A stretch of DNA of 4,065 nucleotides from a virus (Duplodnaviria > Heunggongvirae > Uroviricota > Caudoviricetes): IMG/VR virus record IMGVR_UViG_2695420822_000018; one strand, 5' to 3'. Below, one piece after another: positions 1 to 4,065 of the stretch. The first letter of the stretch is position 1, and each line of letters starts with the position of its first letter. Below the pieces are notes generated by a model. It did not search any database. It saw nothing but the letters and a program-made list of their open reading frames with translations, and was not told where the DNA came from. The position numbers and the translations under genes were made by a program.

Positions 1-341
1 CAAAGTGATCTACTATTCCGCGCAGCTATTTAGGAGTAGAGCGATAACGTGTTTTAATTCTGTCTCGTTCATTTTACTCACCTGAACACGCCACATACCA
101 GAGATTCGTTGTTGCCAAGATCGATAGTATTCATGTTGACCCCATTTCCCCTTAACGCCGGGTGGCGGAACGTTTTATCTACTGCGCTTTGTATCAATCA
201 ACAACTGCCGTCATGTTCGTATGCCTCAGGCTGGCTACTTAGCCCTGTTCAGTGACTGGATAACTCGAGGTATTGTCCTGCCGTTCTCTGGTGGGGCGTT
301 GTTTGGATATGCTTATTAAACACAATTTGTTTTCTTGTGTC

Positions 342-356
342 AACACGCAATGTGTT
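342..356. promoter_or_regulatory. Candidate distal operator AACAC-gcaa-TGTGTT, same arms as the palindrome at 917-931
   Basis: Seen in sequence: 5+4+6 inverted repeat with arms identical to the 917-931 site, inside a cluster of ACACA/TGTGT half-sites (319-356). Function is inference. Confidence 0.3.
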
Positions 357-385
357 TTATGGTGAGTGTCATATGATGATGCTAC

Positions 386-409
386 AAAAAAGCCCGCTGA
401 TAGCGGGCT
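386..409 (-). terminator. Rho-independent terminator downstream of the repressor gene
   Basis: Seen in sequence: stem GCCCGC (392-397), loop tgata, stem GCGGGC (403-408), flanked by A6 on the plus strand (386-391), which is a U6 tail on the minus-strand transcript. It lies about 30 nt past the repressor stop codon (440-442). Confidence 0.6.
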
Positions 410-439
410 GATTGGCATATTACTGTGATAGCAAGATCA

Positions 440-859
440 TTATTCCGGTGGGGGATTATCTTTAATCCTGCCTCTCAAATATTTTTCTACATACTCATCG
501 ATTTCTTTTAGCCGGACTTCAAATAGCTCAATCATTCGTTGTTGTTCTGAGCCCGGTAGCTGGTTAAACAACTCAAGAAGTTTTCGTTGGGATTCATTTA
601 ACCACAATTCAGAAGATTCCTGTTCTCCAAAGAGGAGCTCAGGAGGAGATATGCCAAGTGCCTTTCCCAATACGACAGCGTCATGTACTCCAACATTTCT
701 GCTGCCCGCCTCATAGTTACCTATACGCGATTGCGTCCATCCGCAGATTTCAGCAAGTTTTCCTTGAGATAAACCAAGCTTCTGCCTGCGCTCTTTAAGA
801 CGCATTGCAATTTTGTCATTGAGCCTACTAGCGGCAATTTTTTCGTTTTCTTTTTCCAT
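440..859 (-). CDS. Prophage repressor, HTH XRE family, DicA/CI-like, 139 aa, with no LexA-like S24 peptidase domain
   Basis: ATG at 859-857 preceded by AAGGA; stop TAA at 442-440. N-terminal HTH (LGLSQGKLAEICGWTQSRIGNYEAGSR). The C-terminal motif LLELFNQLPGSEQ resembles the DicA motif LELLELFNALPESEQ as I recall it. Divergent to a Cro-like gene, the classic immunity layout. Confidence 0.85.
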   Translation of the reverse strand: MEKENEKIAASRLNDKIAMRLKERRQKLGLSQGKLAEICGWTQSRIGNYEAGSRNVGVHDAVVLGKALGISPPELLFGEQESSELWLNESQRKLLELFNQLPGSEQQRMIELFEVRLKEIDEYVEKYLRGRIKDNPPPE

Positions 860-870
860 TGCATCCTTGT

Positions 871-885
871 ATCACGAATCGTGAT
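871..885. promoter_or_regulatory. Perfect palindrome ATCACGA-a-TCGTGAT, candidate operator next to the repressor start
   Basis: Seen in sequence: 7+1+7 inverted repeat 12 bp upstream of the repressor ATG (859). Operator role is inference. Confidence 0.4.
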
Positions 886-916
886 TTACATAAAACACAA
901 AACAGCTTGGCTATAT

Positions 917-931
917 AACACAAGGTGTGTT
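917..931. promoter_or_regulatory. Perfect palindrome AACAC-aagg-TGTGTT (AACACA-agg-TGTGTT), candidate operator over the rightward promoter
   Basis: Seen in sequence: inverted repeat lying between the candidate -35 (TTGGCT) and -10 of the Cro-like gene promoter. A second copy of the same arms is at 342-356. Confidence 0.4.
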
Positions 932-955
932 TAAAATTGTCATCGGAGGTTTTCA

Positions 956-1198
956 ATGAACAAAATTTCAACATATCGAAAACAGCTTGGGCTGTCTCAA
1001 AGACAACTTGCTGTTCAGTTAGGGTGGATACAAAGCCGACTGGCAAATTACGAAGCAAATTTTCGTACCCCTGGACTAGAGGAGTGCAGAAAAATTGTTT
1101 CTACCCTTAATCGGCTTGGCGCTCATTGTGGACTTGACGATGTATTCCCCCCAGACGGTAAGCATAGCGAAAACAGCATAGGAGCGGTTGATTCATGA
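956..1198 (+). CDS. Cro-like HTH XRE transcriptional regulator, 80 aa
   Basis: ATG at 956 with GGAGG 6 nt upstream. The HTH segment LGLSQRQLAVQLGWIQSRLANYEA is near-identical in pattern to the repressor HTH. The stop TGA (1196-1198) overlaps the ATG (1195-1197) of the next gene as ATGA. Confidence 0.8.
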   Translation: MNKISTYRKQLGLSQRQLAVQLGWIQSRLANYEANFRTPGLEECRKIVSTLNRLGAHCGLDDVFPPDGKHSENSIGAVDS

Positions 1199-1331
1199 AA
1201 ATCAGGCATGAGCACATCGAATCAGTGTTGTTAGCCCTGGCAGCCGAAAAAGGGCAGGCGTGGGTCGCTAACGCAATTACTGAAGAATATCTGCGCCAGG
1301 GGGGCGGCGAATTGCCCCTTGTACCAGGCAA
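1195..1331 (+). pseudogene. 5' fragment (about 45 codons) of a YdaT/CII-like gene, cut off by the N run at 1332
   Basis: Seen in sequence: in-frame translation MKIRHEHIESVLLALAAEKGQAWVANAITEEYLRQGGGELPLVPG. Nucleotides 1189-1331 are about 99% identical to 1626-1767, the start of the longer copy. Confidence 0.5.
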
Positions 1332-1336
1332 NNNNN
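1332..1336. other. Run of 5 N (assembly gap or ambiguity)
   Basis: Seen in sequence. Sequence homology to the second ydaT-like copy stops exactly at this gap. Confidence 0.95.
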
Positions 1337-1420
1337 TTTTTCATATTAGGGAATTCTAATTTTTCTTGACTTAGGTTTCTCTACGATCTAGTTTCCTTAG
1401 GAAAATCTAAGGAGCTCGAT
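1337..1420 (+). promoter_or_regulatory. Candidate promoter and operator region for the DicC-type gene
   Basis: Seen in sequence: TTGACT (1366-1371), 17-bp spacer, TAGTTT (1389-1394); palindrome TTCCT-t-AGGAA (1393-1403); RBS AAGGAG (1409-1414) 6 nt before the ATG at 1421. Function is inference. Confidence 0.3.
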
Positions 1421-1648
1421 ATGTTGAAAATTGATGCTATAGCGTTTTTTGGCAGCAAAACAAAGCTTGCCAATGCCGCAGGAGTTAGGCTGGCAAGCAT
1501 TGCTGCATGGGGGGAACTGGTTCCTGAAGGTCGCGCGATGCGCCTGCAAGAGGCATCTGGCGGGGAACTTCAGTACGACCCCAAAGTTTATGACGAATAT
1601 CGTAAGGCAAAACGACCTTGGAAGGTGATTCATGAAAATCAGGCATGA
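1421..1648 (+). CDS. dicC: DicC-type (YdaS/DicC family) Cro-like regulatory protein, 75 aa
   Basis: Good RBS. The translation MLKIDAIAFFGSKTKLANAAGVRLASIAAWGELVPEGRAMRLQEASGGELQYDPKVYDEYRK closely matches my recollection of E. coli Qin prophage DicC (76 aa). Its 3' end overlaps the start of the ydaT-like gene by 17 nt. Confidence 0.8.
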   Translation: MLKIDAIAFFGSKTKLANAAGVRLASIAAWGELVPEGRAMRLQEASGGELQYDPKVYDEYRKAKRPWKVIHENQA

Positions 1649-2053
1649 GCACATCGAATCAGTGCTGTTGCCCTGGCAGCCGAAAAAGGGCAGGCGTGGG
1701 TCGCTAACGCAATTACTGAAGAATATCTGCGCCAGGGGGGCGGCGAATTGCCCCTTGTACCAGGCAAGGACTGGAACAATCAGCAGAATATCTATCACCG
1801 TTGGTTGAAAGGTGAAACGAAAGCGCAAAGGGAAAAAATTCAGAAACTGATCCCTGCGGTTCTGGCAATTCTTCCGCGTGAGCTGCGTCACCGACTCTGT
1901 ATCTTCGATACCCTGGAACGCCGTGCATTACTGGCGGCGCAGGAAGCGTTGAGTACGGCAATTGATGCGCATGATGATGCAGTCCAGGCCGTTTACCGGA
2001 AAGCGCATTTCAGCGGCGGCGGGTCTTCCGACGATTCTGTCATTGTTCATTAN
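1632..2053 (+). CDS. YdaT/CII-like protein (about 140 aa), disrupted here by a 1-bp deletion near 1670 and with an ambiguous stop codon (taN at 2051-2053)
   Basis: ATG at 1632 with AGGTGA RBS. Frame 0 stops at 1806-1808 after 58 codons; the first copy (1195-1331) is intact across the same stretch (gttgttagccctgg versus gctgttgccctgg). Downstream frame 2 (track ORF 1748-2071) continues to ...AHFSGGGSSDDSVIVH. The YdaT family call is from position after the Cro-like gene, size and recollection, not from a search. Confidence 0.6.
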
Positions 2054-2159
2054 GTTGAGTACGGCAATTGATGCGCATGATGATGCTGTCCAGGCCGTTT
2101 ACCGGAAAGCACATTTCAGCGGTGGTGGGTCGCCCGGCGATTCTGTCGTAGTGCATTGA
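2054..2159. repeat. Divergent duplicate of the last 35 codons of the ydaT-like gene (about 90% identical to 1948-2053)
   Basis: Seen in sequence: 106 bp aligning to 1948-2053 with about 11 substitutions, mostly at third codon positions, ending in TGA. It is joined to copy 1 through a single N at 2053. Confidence 0.7.
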
Positions 2160-2248
2160 TTGAAATTAATCGTGCCGGATTGTTTTGTTCGGTATCAGTT
2201 AAATGTAACGCTGCGAGCGTTACAAGGTGAAAACAAATGGCTTCAAAC

Positions 2249-2259
2249 NNNNNNNNNNN
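2249..2259. other. Run of 11 N (assembly gap or ambiguity)
   Basis: Seen in sequence. Confidence 0.95.
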
Positions 2260-2375
2260 CGCAGGAAGCGTTGAGTACGGCAATTGATGCGCATGATGAT
2301 GCAGTCCAGGCCGTTTACCGGAAAGCGCATTTCAGCGGCGGCGGGGCTTCCGACGATTCTGTCATTGTTCATTAA
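2260..2375. repeat. Third copy of the ydaT-like 3' end (about 99% identical to 1938-2053), ending in TAA 12 bp before the O-like gene
   Basis: Seen in sequence: 116 bp with one substitution relative to 1938-2053 (gggtcttcc versus ggggcttcc). This is probably the true 3' end that adjoins the replication gene. Confidence 0.7.
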
Positions 2376-2387
2376 GCAAAAGTTTCC

Positions 2388-3587
2388 ATGCTGTTTGTGC
2401 TTATTCTAAGCAACCGGGCAGCATCATACGGGGCAATTATGGCCGCATTACCATACATGCAACTGTACATAGCTGATTACCTGGCTGACACCATGCATTT
2501 GTCAGCAGAGGAGCACGGCGCGTATTTGTTGCTGATGTTCAATTACTGGCAAACAGGAAAGCCAATACCCAAAAACAGGTTGGCAAAAATTGCCCGTCTG
2601 ACTAACGAGCGATGGGTTGATGTTGAACCATCCTTGCGGGAGTTTTTTTGTGATAACGGCGACGAATGGATGCATCTTCGGATTGAGGAAGATCTGGCAT
2701 CTGTCAGAGAAAAATTAACCAAAAAATCAGCCGCAGGAAAAGCATCTGTTCAGGCCAGAAGAAGCAGAAAGGAAGCAGATGTTCAAACAAAACAAGAGAG
2801 AAATTTAACAGGTGTTCAAACAGATGTTGGAGTGATGTTCGAACATGATGCCAACACAAAGGCAACTAATAAAGATACAGATAAAGATCTAAAAACAGAT
2901 CTAACCCATCCCAAACCCTTCCCTTCCGGAAGGGAGTTTCGGGATTTTGTGGCTGGAGTGCTTGAGGGGAGATTATCTGGCGGTACTGCAGCGGAATTTT
3001 GTAATTCTGCGGTGGTTGCGTTGCAGGCTGCTGGCCTGGATGTCTGTCGTGAGTATCCGGTGCCAGAGCGTGGTGACGGTTGCGGAGGGCGGATTGATAT
3101 CGTCGTGACTGACAGGAACGGTGTCCGGTGTGGGAGCGAGCTTGACCGAAATTCTCCGCGACAGAAATCACTGCTCAAAATCGGTGCTGTTGAAACCGGG
3201 ATATGTGTCTTGCGGCGCAGTGATATCGCAAGGCACACCGAGCAGGGAATTCTGGTTATCGGTGGGGCTGTTCGCCAGAAAAAATTTGACCCGTTGTCAG
3301 TTGATCTGCCCGACTGGTTGCCAGAAACACTCTGGCATGAGTGGGTCCAGTTCAGGCAGGCATTGCGAAAACCGATTCGAACGGAGCAGGGCGCTAACGG
3401 GGCGATACGGGAACTGGAAAAATTCCGTCAGCAGGGTTTTACACCTGAGCAGGTGATTCGACACAGCATCGCCAATGAATACCAGGGTCTGTTCGCGCCG
3501 AAAGGTGTTCGGCCTGAGACGTTGCTCCGACAGGTTAACACCGTCTCGTTGCCGGACAGTGCGATCCCGCCAGGCTTCAGGGGGTAA
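2388..3587 (+). CDS. O-like replication initiation protein: DUF1376 (YdaU-like) N-domain, K/D/T-rich linker, Cys-containing central segment, DnaT-like C-terminal tail
   Basis: Long ORF, stop TAA at 3585-3587. An alternative start at 2439 (MAALPYMQLY...) is plausible because the first 17 residues (MLFVLILSNRAASYGAI) are hydrophobic and atypical. The C-terminus ...RQVNTVSLPDSAIPPGFRG matches the E. coli DnaT C-terminus (...RDVNTVSEPDSQIPPGFRG) as I recall it. It sits immediately upstream of the DnaC-like gene. Confidence 0.85.
   Translation: MLFVLILSNRAASYGAIMAALPYMQLYIADYLADTMHLSAEEHGAYLLLMFNYWQTGKPIPKNRLAKIARLTNERWVDVEPSLREFFCDNGDEWMHLRIEEDLASVREKLTKKSAAGKASVQARRSRKEADVQTKQERNLTGVQTDVGVMFEHDANTKATNKDTDKDLKTDLTHPKPFPSGREFRDFVAGVLEGRLSGGTAAEFCNSAVVALQAAGLDVCREYPVPERGDGCGGRIDIVVTDRNGVRCGSELDRNSPRQKSLLKIGAVETGICVLRRSDIARHTEQGILVIGGAVRQKKFDPLSVDLPDWLPETLWHEWVQFRQALRKPIRTEQGANGAIRELEKFRQQGFTPEQVIRHSIANEYQGLFAPKGVRPETLLRQVNTVSLPDSAIPPGFRG
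2743..2905. repeat. Iteron-like repeats (core TGTTC/TGTTG at 2747, 2780, 2813, 2825, 2836) followed by an AT-rich tract with two AGATCT palindromes; candidate phage origin inside the O-like gene
   Basis: Seen in sequence: cagatgttcaaaca, caggtgttcaaaca, cagatgttgg and gtgatgttcgaaca with 33-33-12-11 bp core spacing, then aaagatacagataaagatctaaaaacagatct. Established knowledge: the lambda origin lies inside the O gene and consists of iterons plus an AT-rich region. Origin function here is inference. Confidence 0.4.
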
Positions 3588-3593
3588 CAGACC

Positions 3594-4065
3594 ATGAAAA
3601 ATATTGCGACAGGAGGCGTTCTGGAGCGTATCCGCAGACTGACCCCACCACATGTAACCGCCCCATTCAGAACGGTTGCGGAGTGGCGCGAGTGGCAACT
3701 TGCTGAAGGCCAGAAACGTTGCGAGGAGATCAACCGCCTGAATCGTCAGTTGCGGGTGGAAAAAATCCTGAACCGCTCCGGCATCCAGCCGTTGCACCGG
3801 AAGTGTTCGTTTGCGAATTACCGGGCGCAGAACGACGGTCAGCGACATGCACTGAGTCAGGCGAAATCCATAGCTGACGAACTGATGACAGGCTGTACGA
3901 ATTTTGTGTTCAGCGGTAAGCCCGGCACCGGAAAAAATCATCTTGCAGACGCGATTGGCAACCGGCTGATGGCGAAGGGGCGTAGCGTGATTATCGTCAC
4001 CGTGTCCGATGTCATGAGCGTGTTGCATGAGAGCTACGACAACGGCAAATCCGGTGAAAAATTTT
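3594..4065 (+). CDS. DnaC-family replicative helicase loader (prophage paralog); 5' partial, continues past the window end
   Basis: ATG at 3594 with AGGGGG RBS. The translation MKNIATGGVLERIRRL...NRSGIQPLHRKCSFANYRAQNDGQRHALSQAKS...FSGKPGTGKNHLADAIGNRLMAKGRSVIIVTVSDVM aligns closely with E. coli DnaC, including the Walker A motif GKPGTGKN. No stop codon before the window end. Confidence 0.92.
   Translation, partial: MKNIATGGVLERIRRLTPPHVTAPFRTVAEWREWQLAEGQKRCEEINRLNRQLRVEKILNRSGIQPLHRKCSFANYRAQNDGQRHALSQAKSIADELMTGCTNFVFSGKPGTGKNHLADAIGNRLMAKGRSVIIVTVSDVMSVLHESYDNGKSGEKF

Larger units (their letters stand above)
860..955. promoter_or_regulatory. Divergent immunity control region (promoters and operators between repressor and Cro-like gene)
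   Basis: 96-bp intergenic spacer between divergent HTH genes. Contains two perfect palindromes, a TTTACA hexamer (885-890), TTGGCT (907-912) with TTTAAA/TAAAAT (930-937) as a possible rightward promoter, and GGAGG (945-949) as the RBS for the 956 start. Promoter hexamer assignment is uncertain. Confidence 0.6.

Noticed and set aside
1-439. tRNA, tmRNA or attachment site in the ORF-free left flank
   Set aside because: No T-loop-like GTTCRA motif or cloverleaf-compatible pairing was found by eye, and the immunity region is not where lambdoid att sites normally lie.
899-990. Exact 12-mer aaaacagcttgg at 899-910 and again at 979-990 as a regulatory direct repeat
   Set aside because: A single 12-mer recurrence in a 4-kb window is close to chance expectation. 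The second copy is simply the codons for KQLG in the Cro-like gene.
828-1331. ORFs 828-1058 (minus), 925-1110 (plus) and 1107-1331 (minus)
   Set aside because: They overlap the Cro-like gene or the control region out of frame or antisense, and their translations look like noise.
1397-1891. 164-aa minus-strand ORF
   Set aside because: It is antisense to the DicC-type and ydaT-like genes, starts at a non-ATG codon, and the translation is Cys/Phe-rich and low-complexity.
1938-2375. Diversity-generating retroelement or phase-variation cassette, suggested by three variant copies of the same coding tail
   Set aside because: The substitutions are not adenine-specific and are mostly synonymous third-position changes. 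The joins coincide with N runs. No reverse transcriptase or invertase gene is present in the window. Collapsed paralogs explain it better.
1938-2375. CRISPR-like repeat array
   Set aside because: The repeat units are 106-116 bp of coding sequence with no unique spacers of regular length and no palindromic short repeats. This is not CRISPR architecture.
1962-2375. Track ORFs 1962-2159 and 2160-2375 as independent genes
   Set aside because: Both are made of duplicated ydaT tail copies and run through ambiguous bases (X in the translation). They are by-products of the repeat and gap structure.
2388-2438. Start of the O-like gene at 2388 rather than the internal ATG at 2439
   Set aside because: Not resolved. 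I kept 2388 as the ORF boundary, but the first 17 residues are hydrophobic and atypical, and the DUF1376-like homology begins near residue 23. The start at 2439 (GGGG 6 nt upstream) is an equally plausible true start.
2816-3733. Overlapping ORFs in alternative frames (2816-3238 minus, 2866-3171 minus, 3121-3456 plus, 3428-3733 minus)
   Set aside because: All lie within the O-like and DnaC-like coding frames, which have clear homology support. They have no RBS or motifs of their own.
3297-4028. 243-aa minus-strand ORF
   Set aside because: It is fully antisense to the strongly supported O-like and DnaC-like genes, has no recognisable motifs, and is typical of the long antisense frames seen in GC-rich coding DNA.

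Overview
This 4,065-bp window reads as the immunity-to-replication segment of a lambdoid (Rac/Qin-type) enterobacterial prophage. Left to right: about 385 bp with no long ORF; a leftward DicA/CI-like HTH repressor (440-859, minus) with an intrinsic terminator; a 96-bp divergent control region with two perfect palindromes; a rightward Cro-like HTH gene (956-1198); a second, DicC-type Cro-like gene (1421-1648); a YdaT/CII-like gene (1632-2053) that is frameshifted here; a 399-codon O-like initiator (2388-3587) with a DUF1376-like N-domain, internal iteron-like repeats plus an AT-rich tract, and a DnaT-like C-terminal tail; and the first 157 codons of a DnaC-family helicase loader (3594-4065). 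The sequence has N runs at 1332-1336, 2053 and 2249-2259 and several near-identical duplicated segments, so part of this layout is probably an assembly collapse of related prophage copies rather than real biology. I found no CRISPR array, rRNA or tRNA, and no clearly novel defence system. The points most worth follow-up are the candidate origin inside the O-like gene, the unassignable central insert of the O-like protein, the DnaT-like tail paired with a DnaC-like loader, and the matched operator-like palindromes on both sides of the repressor gene. All family assignments are from reading the translations and recalling reference sequences; no database search was run.
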